A stretch of 64,000 bases of DNA from an uncultured Gammaproteobacteria bacterium (GCA_947258655.1 CAMYJD010000006.1:68902-132901), one strand, 5' to 3'; positions 22,440 through 34,889 are shown, counted from the stretch's first letter. Made by a program: numbers and translations. The notes: generated by a model not told the origin, from the sequence alone.

Positions 22440-22502
22440 ATATGGATGTCAGGACCATGTGCCATGCTGATCATTCAATGATATGGAAACAAAAATATAT
22501 TT

Positions 22503-22526
22503 CTTTGTGCCTTCGTGTCTTCGTGG
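22503..22526. repeat. Short 8-bp tandem repeat
   Basis: ctttgtgc-cttcgtgt-cttcgtgg. Confidence 0.55.
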
Positions 22527-22565
22527 TAAATATTGATTTTCATAAGTCCGGAAGGGGAAAGTCGG

Positions 22566-23915
22566 CTAGTCAGAGGTAGCAAGGTGGATACCTTCAATTG
22601 CGATTTTTGCCATATGGGTGATCTGCTCGGGGGTGATGATATAGGGCGGCATAAAGTAGACAACATTGCCCAGCGGTCTGAGCAAGACACCATTGGCCAG
22701 GCCGTTCTGGTATACCTTGAGCCCTCTGCGCTCCTGCCACGGATAGGCCTCCCTGTTGTGTTTGTCCTTGATCATTTCTATGGCGAGAATCATGCCCGTC
22801 TGGCGGACCTCGGCAACATGCGGATGATCCCGCAGTTCCTGAACGGACTCAGACATGAGTCGGGACAGAACGGTGTTGTTGTTTATGACATCATCCTGTT
22901 TGAAGATATCCAGAGTCGCCAGTGCAGCACGACAACCGAGGGCATTACCCGTGTAGCTGTGTGAGTGCAGGAAGGCAGTCAGTCTTTCATAGTCGTCATA
23001 GAAGGCCTGGTATATGTTGTCATGGGTCAGGACTACTGATAGTGGCAGGTAGCCTCCGGTCAGGCCTTTGGACAGACACATAAAGTCAGGGCTGATATTG
23101 GCCTGCTCGCAGGCAAACAGGGTGCCGCTACGTCCAAAGCCAACAGCGATTTCATCGGCAATGAGATGGACGTTATATCTGTCGCAGGCCTTGCGCAACA
23201 GTTCCAGGTATACTGGCTCATACATACGCATATTGCCGGCGCATTGCACCAGGGGTTCTACGATGACGGCGCATGTTTCATGCGCATGCCGTTCCAGTAT
23301 CTGCTCCATGTATTTGAACATGCGTACAGAAAAATCATGGCAGCTCTCTCCTGACTCGCGATGATAGCAATCGGGTGATGGTACGGTAATGGGCTGCATC
23401 AGTAATGGTGCATAGGTGTCCTTGTACAGTTCGACATCACCTACTGCGAGTGCGCCGAGTGTTTCACCATGATAGCTGTTGCTCAGGTTAATAAACCGTG
23501 TCCGCGCAGTCTGGCCGGTGTTTTGCCAGTAATGAAAGCTCATCTTCAGGGCCACCTCGATGGCTGATGAACCATTGTCTGCATAGAAACATCGTGACAG
23601 GCCTGCGGGCGTGATCTCGGTCAGGCGCTCTGAGAGCTCAATGATGGGCTCATGGGTAAAGCCGGCAAGGATGACATGTTCCAGTTCATCCAGTTGTTTT
23701 TTTAATGCCTGGTTGATACGTGGGTTGGCGTGCCCGAACAGGTTGACCCACCACGAACTGATTGCATCGAGGTAGCGATTGTCATCGAAGTCATGCAGCC
23801 ACACCCCTTCGCCGCGCTTGATAGGGATTAGTGGTAACGACTCATGATCTTTCATCTGCGTACAGGGGTGCCAGAGGGTGCGCAAATCGCGTTCTATGTA
23901 TTTTTTATTTTCCAT
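22566..23915 (-). CDS. bioA: Adenosylmethionine-8-amino-7-oxononanoate aminotransferase
   Basis: WHPCTQM, DAISSWWVNLFGH, IADEIAVGFGRSG, SKGLTGGYLP, HSHSYTGN. Confidence 0.95.
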   Translation of the reverse strand: MENKKYIERDLRTLWHPCTQMKDHESLPLIPIKRGEGVWLHDFDDNRYLDAISSWWVNLFGHANPRINQALKKQLDELEHVILAGFTHEPIIELSERLTEITPAGLSRCFYADNGSSAIEVALKMSFHYWQNTGQTARTRFINLSNSYHGETLGALAVGDVELYKDTYAPLLMQPITVPSPDCYHRESGESCHDFSVRMFKYMEQILERHAHETCAVIVEPLVQCAGNMRMYEPVYLELLRKACDRYNVHLIADEIAVGFGRSGTLFACEQANISPDFMCLSKGLTGGYLPLSVVLTHDNIYQAFYDDYERLTAFLHSHSYTGNALGCRAALATLDIFKQDDVINNNTVLSRLMSESVQELRDHPHVAEVRQTGMILAIEMIKDKHNREAYPWQERRGLKVYQNGLANGVLLRPLGNVVYFMPPYIITPEQITHMAKIAIEGIHLATSD

Positions 23916-23935
23916 AAGTCGTCTATCTGAACTGG

Positions 23936-24029
23936 AGTGGCGAGCAGTAGCGAGTTGCTAGTGGCTGGTAGCGATGACTGAATAGTAGCTTGAATTTCCT
24001 GGCTACTCGCCGCTCGCTACTAGCTACTA
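23936..24029. repeat. Inverted heptamer arrays (GTAGCGA/GTAGCTA family)
   Basis: gtagcga-gttgcta-gtggctg-gtagcga ... ggctact-cgccgct-cgctact-agctact. Confidence 0.75.
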
Positions 24030-24031
24030 AT

Positions 24032-24883
24032 CTAGGCCTTAAGGCCTAGATTCTGCCAGATCGCCATACTGGGGCCGGCCTGGTTCATGGTATAAAAATG
24101 AAAACCGGGGACACCTTCCTGCTGTAGTCTTGTGCACATTTGCGTAACGACGTCTTCACCGAAGGCCATGATGCTGTCGCGATCATCGCCGAATCCCTGT
24201 AAACGCTTCTTTATCCAGCGTGGAATTTCTGCACCGCACATATCCGAGAAGCGCGCTAATTGCGTATAATTGGTAATCGGCATGATACCCGGGACAATGG
24301 GAAGATCAATGCCGGCCTTTTCGCAATCATCCACGAAGCGGAAGTAGGCATCGCAATTATAAAAATACTGTGTGATAGCGGCATTGGCGCCTGCATCGAC
24401 CTTGCGCTTGAAATTGATCAGATCAGTCTGCGCGTCACTGGCCTGGGGATGCACTTCAGGGTAAGCAGCAACCTCAATATGAAAATAATCGCCGTATTCC
24501 CTGCGAATGAATTCCACCAGTTCGTTGGCGTAACGGAAGGCGCCGGCCTCTTGCATGCCGGATGGCATGTCGCCGCGTAATGCAACGACACGATTGACGC
24601 CGTTTTCCTTATAGGTATTGAGAATGTGAGTAATGCTTTCCAGTGTAGAGCCGACGCAGGACAGATGCGGTGCTGCGGACAGTCCCGATTGCTGGATTTC
24701 GAGTACGGTATCGATAGTTCCCTGCTGGGTGCTGCCGCCGGCGCCAAATGTAACGGAAAAGTATTTTGGTTTCAGTTTGGCCAGTTCAGTGCGTGTAGCA
24801 CGAAGCTTATCCAGGCCCTGTTCTGTTTTTGGCGGGAAAAACTCGAAGCTGTACTGGGGAGTATATTTTTTTTGGCTAATCAT
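24032..24883 (-). CDS. metF: 5,10-methylenetetrahydrofolate reductase
   Basis: SFEFFPPKT, SVTFGAGGST, ALRGD, AAYPEVHP, ITQYFY, HFYTMN. Confidence 0.96.
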   Translation of the reverse strand: MISQKKYTPQYSFEFFPPKTEQGLDKLRATRTELAKLKPKYFSVTFGAGGSTQQGTIDTVLEIQQSGLSAAPHLSCVGSTLESITHILNTYKENGVNRVVALRGDMPSGMQEAGAFRYANELVEFIRREYGDYFHIEVAAYPEVHPQASDAQTDLINFKRKVDAGANAAITQYFYNCDAYFRFVDDCEKAGIDLPIVPGIMPITNYTQLARFSDMCGAEIPRWIKKRLQGFGDDRDSIMAFGEDVVTQMCTRLQQEGVPGFHFYTMNQAGPSMAIWQNLGLKA

Positions 24884-24885
24884 AT

Positions 24886-24977
24886 TAATTCAGGTACAAG
24901 ATACAAGGATAAAGATACAAGGGTCGGTGCACTCACACCTTCCCTTGTATCTTGTATCTTTTCCCTTTCCCCTGTCT
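24886..24977. repeat. Inverted heptamer arrays (AAGATAC/CTTGTAT family)
   Basis: aggtaca-agataca-aggataa-agataca-aggg ... cc-cttgtat-cttgtat-ctt between ahcY and metF. Confidence 0.78.
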
Positions 24978-26399
24978 TTAATATCGATAGTGTTCGGGTT
25001 TGTATGGACCATCAACCGGAACATTGATGTAGTCGGCCTGATCCTGGCTTAAAGGCGTCAGGTTGGCGCCGATCTTGTCCAGATGCAGTCGCGCTACCTT
25101 CTCGTCCAGAATCTTGGGCAGGACATAGACTTCGTTATTATATTTATCGCTATGATTGAATAACTCGATCTGTGCCATGACCTGGTTTGTGAACGATGCG
25201 GACATGACAAAACTTGGATGGCCTGTGGCACAACCGAGGTTGACCAGACGGCCTTTGGCCAGAACAATGATGCGTTTGCCATCGGGAAATATGACATGAT
25301 CAACCTGTGGCTTGATTTCTTCCCACTGGTATTTTTCCAGAGACGCAATCTCTATCTCGGAATCGAAGTGTCCGATGTTGCAGACAATGGCTTCATTTTT
25401 CATCGCTGCCATATGGTCATGATTAATGACATTGACGTTACCTGTTGTGGTAACGAAGATATCACCCTGGTCGGCGATGTCATTCATTTCCACAACGCGG
25501 TAACCTTCCATGGCTGCCTGTAATGCACAGATTGGGTCGATTTCCGTGACCCATACGGTAGCGCCCATGCCACGGAAGGCCTGTGCGCAACCCTTGCCGA
25601 CATCACCATAACCGAGTACGACGCAGATCTTTCCGGCGACCATGACATCCGTCGCGCGCTTGATCCCGTCGAGTAATGATTCACGGCAACCGTAGAGGTT
25701 ATCGAACTTGCTCTTCGTGACCGAGTCATTGACGTTCATGGCCGGGAACATCAATTCGCCGGCTTCCTGCATCTGGTACAGGCGATGAACACCGGTGGTG
25801 GTTTCTTCGGTTACGCCCTTGACACTGTCGACAATCTTCTGCCATTTGTCTTTTTCTGCCGTGTTACGCAATACGTTCAGAATGGCGGCCCATTCTTCAT
25901 TGTCATCGGCTTTGGTTTCGGGTATGGCACCGGCCTTTTCAAACTCAGCGCCCTTATGTACTAGCAGGGTCGCATCGCCGCCATCGTCGAGGATCATGTT
26001 GGGTGCGCCACCATCCGGCCAGGTGATCATTTGTTCAGTACACCACCAATATTCCTCGATGGTTTCACCTTTCCATGCAAATACCGGGATACCCTGATTG
26101 GCGATAGCGGCGGCGGCATGGTCCTGGGTTGAGAAAATATTACACGATGCCCAGCGTACTTCGGCACCCAGATCGACCAGTGTTTCTATCAGTACGGCTG
26201 TCTGGATAGTCATGTGCAGGCTGCCTGATATACGTGCGCCTTTGAGCGGCTTCTGACCTTTGTATTCCTCGCGGATGGCCATCAGGCCAGGCATTTCCAC
26301 TTCGGCGATACGGATTTCCTTGTGGCCCCATTCGGCCAGAGACATGTCGGCGACTTTATAGTTAGTGAATACAGAACCTGAGGCAGCGCTCATCTTCAT
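24978..26399 (-). CDS. ahcY: Adenosylhomocysteinase
   Basis: [55 protein letters not shown]. Confidence 0.97.
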   Translation of the reverse strand: MKMSAASGSVFTNYKVADMSLAEWGHKEIRIAEVEMPGLMAIREEYKGQKPLKGARISGSLHMTIQTAVLIETLVDLGAEVRWASCNIFSTQDHAAAAIANQGIPVFAWKGETIEEYWWCTEQMITWPDGGAPNMILDDGGDATLLVHKGAEFEKAGAIPETKADDNEEWAAILNVLRNTAEKDKWQKIVDSVKGVTEETTTGVHRLYQMQEAGELMFPAMNVNDSVTKSKFDNLYGCRESLLDGIKRATDVMVAGKICVVLGYGDVGKGCAQAFRGMGATVWVTEIDPICALQAAMEGYRVVEMNDIADQGDIFVTTTGNVNVINHDHMAAMKNEAIVCNIGHFDSEIEIASLEKYQWEEIKPQVDHVIFPDGKRIIVLAKGRLVNLGCATGHPSFVMSASFTNQVMAQIELFNHSDKYNNEVYVLPKILDEKVARLHLDKIGANLTPLSQDQADYINVPVDGPYKPEHYRY

Positions 26400-26419
26400 T
26401 CTCCTTAATTAAAAGTTGA

Positions 26420-26500
26420 ATGAGCGCCGTTGATCCAGTTTAGGGGATCTGCCCGCTCCCGAGCCTGACGGATTGTACCGCTGCAGCGCCCCTCGGGAGT
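26420..26500 (-). ncRNA. SAH riboswitch
   Basis: Minus strand CUCCCGAGGGGCGCUGCAG...GUCAGGCUCGGGAG...AACGGCGCUCA matches the SAH aptamer core and pseudoknot; directly 5' of the ahcY RBS. Confidence 0.9.
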
Positions 26501-26553
26501 GACAGTGTTGTATATTGTAGTCGAAAAAATCGTTAACGCAATAACTGCGCCGA

Positions 26554-27711
26554 TCAGATGCCGGCCGCATCTCTCAATGCATCGGCCTTGTCGGTTTTTT
26601 CCCAGGTGAATTCATCTTCCTCGCGACCGAAGTGACCATAAGCTGCTGTTTTTGCATAGATTGGGCGTAGCAGGTCGAGCATTTTGACGAGTCCGCCGGC
26701 GCGTAGGTCAAAATGTTCATCAATCAGCTCGACGATGCGAGCGTCATCGACCTTTCCGGTGCCGAAGGTCTCTACACTGATAGAGGTCGGCTGTGAAACA
26801 CCGATTGCATAGGAGACCTGGATCTCGCAACGGTCAGCGAGGCCGGCGGCGACAATGTTCTTGGCGACATAGCGACCGGCATAGGCCGCGGAACGGTCCA
26901 CCTTGGATGGATCCTTGCCGGAGAAGGCACCACCACCATGGCGGGCCATACCACCATATGTATCGACAATGATCTTGCGTCCGGTCAGGCCGCAGTCACC
27001 AACCGGACCACCGATAACGAAACGTCCGGTCGGATTGATGAAGAATTTGGTATTTTCATCGATCCACTCCTTGGGTAATACCGGTGTCAGTATCTCATCC
27101 ATGACCGCTTCCTCGATGGCTTTTTGCTCCATGTCAGGACTGTGTTGTGTCGACAATACAACGGCATCGATGCCAATCGGAGTGGTGCCATCATAGCGGA
27201 AAGTGACCTGGCTCTTGGCGTCGGGACGTAGCCACGGCAGTGTGCCATTCTTGCGCACTTCAGCCTGGCGCTTTACCAGCCGGTGTGCATAGGTTATCGG
27301 CGCCGGCATCAGTACATCGGTTTCATTACAGGCAAAGCCGAACATCAAACCCTGGTCACCAGCACCCTGTTCGTGTTTTTCGTCTTCATCGACGCCCATG
27401 GCAATATCGGCAGACTGTTTGTCTATCGATGTCAGGATGGCGCAGGATTCGTAATCGAAGCCTATTTCTGAGCTGTTATAGCCGATTTCCTGGATGCGTC
27501 CGCGGACCACTTCGTTCATGTCGACCCAGGCCGATGTTGTGATTTCACCTGACAGCACCACCATGCCGGTATTGACCATGGTTTCGCAGGCCACGCGTGC
27601 TGACGGGTCCTGTTCCAGGATCGCATCCAGAACAGAGTCGGATATCTGATCGGCGACCTTGTCCGGATGGCCTTCTGAAACAGATTCGGATGTAAATAGA
27701 TGTTTGCTCAT
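26554..27711 (-). CDS. metK: S-adenosylmethionine synthetase
   Basis: [28 protein letters not shown]; start refined to MSKHLF. Confidence 0.97.
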   Translation of the reverse strand: MSKHLFTSESVSEGHPDKVADQISDSVLDAILEQDPSARVACETMVNTGMVVLSGEITTSAWVDMNEVVRGRIQEIGYNSSEIGFDYESCAILTSIDKQSADIAMGVDEDEKHEQGAGDQGLMFGFACNETDVLMPAPITYAHRLVKRQAEVRKNGTLPWLRPDAKSQVTFRYDGTTPIGIDAVVLSTQHSPDMEQKAIEEAVMDEILTPVLPKEWIDENTKFFINPTGRFVIGGPVGDCGLTGRKIIVDTYGGMARHGGGAFSGKDPSKVDRSAAYAGRYVAKNIVAAGLADRCEIQVSYAIGVSQPTSISVETFGTGKVDDARIVELIDEHFDLRAGGLVKMLDLLRPIYAKTAAYGHFGREEDEFTWEKTDKADALRDAAGI

Positions 27712-27737
27712 TATCTTGTTTCCCTTATTAAAACCAA

Positions 27738-27773
27738 TAAAAAACCGCTTTGTCATGGACTAAAGCGGTTTTT
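27738..27773 (-). terminator. Intrinsic terminator in metK leader (riboswitch expression platform)
   Basis: Minus strand AAAAACCGCUUU-aguccaugac-AAAGCGGUUUUUU. Confidence 0.8.
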
Positions 27774-27792
27774 CAGGGGTTCGGTTGTGACC

Positions 27793-27845
27793 TCGCTTTA
27801 GCCGTATTTATTAAGCGCCCGCAATCTGAATTCAAATCAGCGCTA
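27793..27845 (-). ncRNA. SAM-II riboswitch
   Basis: Minus strand AGCGCUGAUUU-gaauucaga-UUGCGGGCGCU-uaAUAAAUacgGCUAAAG follows the SAM-II pattern (GCGCUGAUUU...UUGC..GCGC..AUAAAU..GCUAAA); upstream of metK. Confidence 0.85.
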
Positions 27846-28029
27846 TTGAGCAATTATTATAATTAACTGATTATATATGTCAAAGTCTACGGGGATTTAT
27901 TGTATTCATGTACGCAGCCATAAGTGTTGAAAAATACAGGCGGTACTTTTGATTTATTATTTAGGTATATATTATACGTACCCTGGCAATATCAATTGCA
28001 TTAAACCATAAAGAGAAAGAGGATATAGC

Positions 28030-28593
28030 ATGGTCAGTCTGGAAACCCCCATTTGTGATTTTGGCGCGCCCGCCATTGAGTTTGAATTACCCGGTATTGA
28101 TGGTAAGCACTGGACCCTGGAGGATTGTCGGGGCGAAAAGGGTCTGTTGGTTATGTTTATTTGCAATCATTGCCCTTACGTTAAGGCCATCCGCGAACGT
28201 ATCGTCAGGGATACGCGTGAATTACGCGAGATGGGCATCAACAGTGTTGCCATCATGTCCAATGATTCGACGCAATACGAAGAGGATTCTTTTGAAAATA
28301 TGGGGAAAATTGCCAGGGAGTATGATTTCCCGTTCCCCTATCTACTCGACGAAAGCCAGCAAGTAGCCAAGGCCTATGGGGCAGTGTGCACACCGGATTT
28401 CTTCGGCTATAACCATGATCTGCAATTACAGTATCGCGGCAGACTGGATGCCAGTCGCAAGGAAAGTGCCTCTGCAGATGCGCGCAGGGACCTGTTTGAG
28501 GCGATGGCGGAGGTCGCTCGCAGCGGGCGGGGACCGCGGGAACAGATCCCAAGCATGGGATGTTCAATAAAGTGGATTGAGGAAGGCGAATAA
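28030..28593 (+). CDS. Thioredoxin/AhpC-TSA family redoxin
   Basis: FICNHCPYV, YPFPYLLDE-like segment, AVCTPDFF, YRGRLD, PSMGCSIKW. Confidence 0.88.
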   Translation: MVSLETPICDFGAPAIEFELPGIDGKHWTLEDCRGEKGLLVMFICNHCPYVKAIRERIVRDTRELREMGINSVAIMSNDSTQYEEDSFENMGKIAREYDFPFPYLLDESQQVAKAYGAVCTPDFFGYNHDLQLQYRGRLDASRKESASADARRDLFEAMAEVARSGRGPREQIPSMGCSIKWIEEGE

Positions 28594-28938
28594 ATTGCTT
28601 AATAATCAATACTATATGATTACCTTAATAATAATATAGATTAATATTATCGTTATCCCAAGTAAGTTTTATCGTTACATAACCAGTCTCACTATTGCCG
28701 AATGCCTTCAAGTAGGGGAGAATACCGCTTCTTCTGAATCAGGGTAGCGCAAGCTGCCTTATTCATTTGCTAGTAATCCAGATAGTACAGGCGCGCTTCA
28801 GGTCCGGCAGGTTATCAATGCGTCAACAGAGCCGGAAAGAATTTATCGTCTTGGTAAATGCATAATTTCAAAGCGATAGTGCGATTACCGGGACCGTGAC
28901 AGGTTTCAATTAAAACTTTGGGAACAGAGGAGAGAACT

Positions 28939-30924
28939 ATGCCCTCACGTAGAGATTTAGCCAATGCCGTTCGAGCGTTGAGTATGGATGCAGTACAAAA
29001 GGCCAAGTCCGGTCATCCGGGTGCCCCGATGGGTATGGCCGATATTGCTGAAGTATTGTGGAACGACCATATGACCCACAATCCTGCCAATCCAGACTGG
29101 AGTAATCGCGATCGGTTTGTACTGTCAAATGGCCATGGCTCCATGTTGATATACTCCCTGCTACATCTTACAGGTTATGACATTAATATGGATGACCTGA
29201 AGAACTTCCGTCAATTACATTCAAAAACTCCGGGTCACCCTGAATATGGCTATGCACCCGGTGTTGAAACCACCACCGGCCCGTTGGGTCAGGGTATTAC
29301 CAACGCCGTGGGCATGGCCATTGCCGAGAAGGCCATGGCAGGACATTTCAACCAGAAAGACCACAATATTGTCGACCATCACACCTATGTGTTTCTTGGT
29401 GACGGTTGCTTGATGGAAGGTATCTCGCATGAGGCCTGTTCGCTGGCCGGCACCCTGAATCTGGGTAAATTGATTGCATTCTGGGACGACAATGGCATCT
29501 CTATCGATGGTCATGTAGAAGGCTGGTTCTCGGATGATACGCCGAAGCGTTTCGAATCCTACGGCTGGCATGTGATCCCTGGTGTTGATGGCCATGATCC
29601 GGAAGCAGTACAAAAGGCCATTGAGCTGGCCAAGTCGATGACCGACAAGCCAACGATGATATGCTGCAAGACCACGATCGGTTTCGGTTCCCCGAACAAG
29701 GCCGGCAGCCATGCCTGTCACGGTGCGCCCCTGGGTGAAGAGGAAATCAACCTGACCAAGGCAGCCCTGGGTTGGGACCACGAGGCCTTTGAGGTTCCTA
29801 ATGACATTTATCACGGTTGGGATGCGAAGGAGAAAGGTACAGAAGCTGAAAAGGCATGGAATGAAAAATTCGCGGCCTATAAGGCAGCCTATCCGGAACT
29901 GGCGGCAGAATATGAGCGTCGTATGGGCGGCGATCTGCCCGCAGACTGGGCGGCGAAATCCGCCGAATATATCGCCAGCGTCGATGCCGAAGCGAAAAGC
30001 CCGGCGACGCGCCAGGCATCCCTGGCTTCTATTGAAGCCTATTCACCGTTGTTGCCTGAACTGTTTGGTGGATCTGCCGACCTCGGTTGTTCCAACCTGA
30101 CAGAATGGTCCGGTTACAAGCCCATCGTAAATCACGAAGAAGCCAACTATGTGAACTATGGTGTCCGCGAATTCGGTATGTCGGCGATCATGAACGGTAT
30201 CGCTCTGCACGGTGGTCTGATTCCATTTGGCGCGACTTTCCTGATGTTCTCGGAATATGCGCGTAACGCGATCCGTATGGCGGCATTGATGAAGATCCGT
30301 AGCCTGTTCGTATTTACCCACGACTCGATCGGACTGGGTGAAGATGGCCCAACCCACCAGGCCATCGAGCAGATCCCGACCTTACGCATGATTCCGAATA
30401 TGCATGTCTGGCGTGCCTGTGATGCAGTTGAGTCGGCCGTAAGCTGGCAGCAGGCGATAGAGCGTAAGGACGGTCCTTCGTGCCTGATCTTCTCGCGCCA
30501 GGGTCTGCCCCATATGCCACGTACTGCCGATCAGATCGAATCAATCAAGAAGGGTGGCTACATCCTGAAAGACTGCGACGGTACGCCGGATGCGATTATT
30601 ATCGCCACCGGTTCTGAAGTCGAGTTGGCCGTGGGTGCAGCAGATAAGCTCAGTGGCAAGAAGGTTCGTGTTGTGTCGATGCCATCGACCAATGTCTTCG
30701 AAGCCCAGGATGATGCCTACAAAGAGTCCGTGCTGCCGGCAGCAGTGACTGCCCGTGTTGCAGTAGAGGCCGCGGTTACAGGTGGTTGGTACAAATATGT
30801 GGGGCTGAATGGTAAGGTCGTCGGTATCGACAGATTTGGTGAGTCGGCACCCGCACCGGAATTATTCGAATACTTTGGCTTTACCGTTGATAACGTTGTC
30901 AAGGCCGTCGAAGAAGTTTTGTAA
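28939..30924 (+). CDS. tkt: Transketolase
   Basis: [17 protein letters not shown] ThDP motif, [15 protein letters not shown]; ATG after GAGGAG RBS. Confidence 0.97.
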   Translation: MPSRRDLANAVRALSMDAVQKAKSGHPGAPMGMADIAEVLWNDHMTHNPANPDWSNRDRFVLSNGHGSMLIYSLLHLTGYDINMDDLKNFRQLHSKTPGHPEYGYAPGVETTTGPLGQGITNAVGMAIAEKAMAGHFNQKDHNIVDHHTYVFLGDGCLMEGISHEACSLAGTLNLGKLIAFWDDNGISIDGHVEGWFSDDTPKRFESYGWHVIPGVDGHDPEAVQKAIELAKSMTDKPTMICCKTTIGFGSPNKAGSHACHGAPLGEEEINLTKAALGWDHEAFEVPNDIYHGWDAKEKGTEAEKAWNEKFAAYKAAYPELAAEYERRMGGDLPADWAAKSAEYIASVDAEAKSPATRQASLASIEAYSPLLPELFGGSADLGCSNLTEWSGYKPIVNHEEANYVNYGVREFGMSAIMNGIALHGGLIPFGATFLMFSEYARNAIRMAALMKIRSLFVFTHDSIGLGEDGPTHQAIEQIPTLRMIPNMHVWRACDAVESAVSWQQAIERKDGPSCLIFSRQGLPHMPRTADQIESIKKGGYILKDCDGTPDAIIIATGSEVELAVGAADKLSGKKVRVVSMPSTNVFEAQDDAYKESVLPAAVTARVAVEAAVTGGWYKYVGLNGKVVGIDRFGESAPAPELFEYFGFTVDNVVKAVEEVL

Positions 30925-30951
30925 TTCTAGTTTATACGTTTGAGGAGATAA

Positions 30952-31959
<1,008 letters not shown>

Positions 31960-32053
31960 GTTGCTGGTAGCGAGTAGCTAGTAGCGAGGGGTTGGTGTCA
32001 GGAGGTGATTGCCTCCTGATATCCTTGATCCAAGCTACTAGCCACTCACTACT
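31960..32053. repeat. Inverted heptamer arrays (GTAGCGA family) around a central hairpin
   Basis: gttgctg-gtagcga-gtagcta-gtagcga ... tcaggagg/cctcctga hairpin ... agctact-agccact-cactact. Confidence 0.78.
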
Positions 32054-32117
32054 GTTTTCAAGAGGTATTCGCCAAGCCAAGGGTTTGCCAAATATCTTTT
32101 AGTTTAAGGAGAAAAAC

Positions 32118-33299
32118 ATGTCCTTTATCAAATTGACTGATCTTGATCTTGCTGGCAAGCGCGTCCTGATTCGCGCCGACCTTAACGTACCTGTCAAAGA
32201 TGGCAAAGTAACCTCCGATGCACGTATTACTGCATCCATGCCGACTATTGAACATTGTATGAAGGCCGGAGCTTCGGTCATGGTTATGTCCCACCGCGGG
32301 CGTCCGGAAGAAGGTAAGGCCGACGAGGAAAACTCGATGCAGCCGATAGCCGAGGATATGTCAGCCAAGCTTGGTAAAGAGGTGCGCCTGGTCAAGGAAT
32401 ACCTCGATAATTCCCCTGAAGTCGCTGCCGGTGAAGTCGTGCTGCTGGAAAATGTACGCTTCAATGCAGGCGAGAAGAAGGACAATGAAGAACTGGCAAA
32501 AAAATATGCTGCGCTTTGTGATGTATTTGTCATGGATGCATTTGGTACGGCGCATCGCGCGCAGGCCTCTACACATGGTGCCGGTAAATTTGCGCCGACC
32601 GCCTGTGCCGGATTGTTGCTCGCTGATGAACTGGATAACCTGGCCAAGGCCCTGGCTGAACCGGCGCGTCCGATGGTGGCCATTGTTGGCGGCTCCAAGG
32701 TCTCTACCAAATTGACCGTGTTGGAAGCGCTGTCAGAAAAAGTCGATCAGCTGGTTGTTGGCGGTGGTATTGCCAACACCTTCCTGAAGGCAATGGGTCA
32801 TAATGTCGGTAAGTCCTTATGTGAAAATGATCTGGTTGATACGGCCCAGGCGCTGGTCGAAAAAATGAAAGCACGTGGCGCAAGTATTCCGATCGCAACG
32901 GACGTCGTTTGTGGTAAGAATTTTGACGAAAATGAACCGGCAGTATTAAAAGCGGCGAGTGATGTTGAAGATGATGACATGATTTTTGATATCGGTCCTG
33001 ATAGCGCTAAAGAACTGGCGGACATTATTTCCAAAGCGGGTACCATTGTCTGGAACGGTCCGGTCGGTGTGTTCGAATTTGACCAGTTTGGTGAAGGTAC
33101 GAAAACGGTATCGATGGCCATCGCCAATGCAGACGGATTCAGTCTCGCAGGTGGCGGTGATACGATTGCCGCTATCCAGAAATATGATATCTATGACAAG
33201 GTATCCTATATCTCGACTGCGGGAGGCGCTTTCCTGGAATACCTGGAAGGCAAGACCCTGCCTGCTGTTGCGATGCTGGAAGAAAGGGCAAAAAACTAA
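32118..33299 (+). CDS. pgk: Phosphoglycerate kinase
   Basis: [36 protein letters not shown]. Confidence 0.97.
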   Translation: MSFIKLTDLDLAGKRVLIRADLNVPVKDGKVTSDARITASMPTIEHCMKAGASVMVMSHRGRPEEGKADEENSMQPIAEDMSAKLGKEVRLVKEYLDNSPEVAAGEVVLLENVRFNAGEKKDNEELAKKYAALCDVFVMDAFGTAHRAQASTHGAGKFAPTACAGLLLADELDNLAKALAEPARPMVAIVGGSKVSTKLTVLEALSEKVDQLVVGGGIANTFLKAMGHNVGKSLCENDLVDTAQALVEKMKARGASIPIATDVVCGKNFDENEPAVLKAASDVEDDDMIFDIGPDSAKELADIISKAGTIVWNGPVGVFEFDQFGEGTKTVSMAIANADGFSLAGGGDTIAAIQKYDIYDKVSYISTAGGAFLEYLEGKTLPAVAMLEERAKN

Positions 33300-33342
33300 A
33301 CGGCTGTAGTAACCTGTAAACGACTACAAGAAGTCTTGGATC

Positions 33343-34809
33343 ATGCTAAGAAGAACAAAAATACTGGCAACACTGGGCCCGGCAACCGATCCGCGTAATG
33401 GCGACAGTTCCGATTACGAGGTTATGGATGAGATCATTCAGGCGGGTGTCGATGTTGTGCGCGTCAATTTTTCCCATGGTAGCCATGAAGAACATCTGCA
33501 ACGCGTTGAGGCGGTACGTAATCGCGCCAGGGCGCATGGCAGGCAGGTCGGGGTTTTATGTGACCTGCAAGGGCCAAAAATCAGGATAGCAAAATTCAAG
33601 CTCGGCAAGGTCGACCTCGAAGAGGGCGCGCGCTTTGTACTCGATGCGGGCCTGGAAGCAGGGGCCGGTACGCAGGAACGTGTCGGAATTACCTATCCCG
33701 ATCTGCCCAATGACCTCAGTCGTGGAGATACCCTGCTTCTTGATGACGGCCGCATCGTGCTGTGGGTTCAGGATGTAGAGGGCAGTGAAATTCAATGCAC
33801 GGTTAAAGTCGGCGGTATCCTGTCCAATAACAAGGGCATTAATCGTAAAGGCGGTGGCCTGTCGGCCGCTGCGTTGACCGACAAGGACAAGGAAGACATC
33901 AAGCTGGCTGCACAAATGCAGGCGGATTATCTGGCGGTGTCGTTTCCGCGGCATGCAGAAGATATCAAGCACGCGCGCGAGTTATTGCGCGCTGCCGGCG
34001 GTAACGGCGCCATTGTTGCCAAGATCGAACGTGCCGAGGCTATCGATGCTATTGATGAAATCATCGAGGCATCTGACTCCATCATGATCGCACGTGGTGA
34101 TCTGGGCGTCGAAATTGGCGATGCTGAATTACCGGCGATCCAGAAAAGATTGATCCGCCAGGCCCGCTATGCCAATCGCGTCGTAATTACCGCAACACAA
34201 ATGATGGAATCGATGATCGAGAACCAGATACCGACGCGCGCCGAGGTCTTTGACGTGGCCAATGCGGTACTGGATGGTACTGATGCAGTCATGCTGTCAG
34301 CGGAAACAGCCGCTGGCAAATACCCGGCACTGGCCGTGGCCGCGATGGACCGGGTCTGTCGCCACGCCGAAAAACAACGTGTAGCGCGTATCTCCGATCA
34401 CAGGATTAATACAGAATTCAATGAGATAGACGAGGCTATCGCTATGTCTGCGATGTATGCAGCCAATCATCTCGGTGCCAAGGCCATCGCGGCCCTGACA
34501 GAATCGGGAGCAACGGCTTTATGGATGTCACGCATCAGTTCCGGTATACCTATTTACGCCTTGACGAGTCATGTCGAGACGCGTAGAAAGGTAACTCTCT
34601 ACCGGGGGGTGTACCCGGTCAGTTTCGAACCGGTCAGTACCAATCATGCCGAGGTCAATCAGGAAGCCATCGATGAACTGGTCAGGCGCGGTACAGTCAG
34701 AGATGGTGATCTGGTAGTATTGACCAAAGGCGATTTAATGGGCGTGCTGGGTGGTACCAACGCCATGAAGATTGTGCGCGTAGGGGAACTGGTGAATCCG
34801 GACTCCTAG
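33343..34809 (+). CDS. pyk: Pyruvate kinase
   Basis: [48 protein letters not shown]. Confidence 0.96.
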   Translation: MLRRTKILATLGPATDPRNGDSSDYEVMDEIIQAGVDVVRVNFSHGSHEEHLQRVEAVRNRARAHGRQVGVLCDLQGPKIRIAKFKLGKVDLEEGARFVLDAGLEAGAGTQERVGITYPDLPNDLSRGDTLLLDDGRIVLWVQDVEGSEIQCTVKVGGILSNNKGINRKGGGLSAAALTDKDKEDIKLAAQMQADYLAVSFPRHAEDIKHARELLRAAGGNGAIVAKIERAEAIDAIDEIIEASDSIMIARGDLGVEIGDAELPAIQKRLIRQARYANRVVITATQMMESMIENQIPTRAEVFDVANAVLDGTDAVMLSAETAAGKYPALAVAAMDRVCRHAEKQRVARISDHRINTEFNEIDEAIAMSAMYAANHLGAKAIAALTESGATALWMSRISSGIPIYALTSHVETRRKVTLYRGVYPVSFEPVSTNHAEVNQEAIDELVRRGTVRDGDLVVLTKGDLMGVLGGTNAMKIVRVGELVNPDS

Positions 34810-34889
34810 TAACGCCAAGTAGATAAATATTCTGCAAGTATTTTTTATTTTTTTTAAATTTTGAAAACCACACGAGAGAGGAGAGAAAC

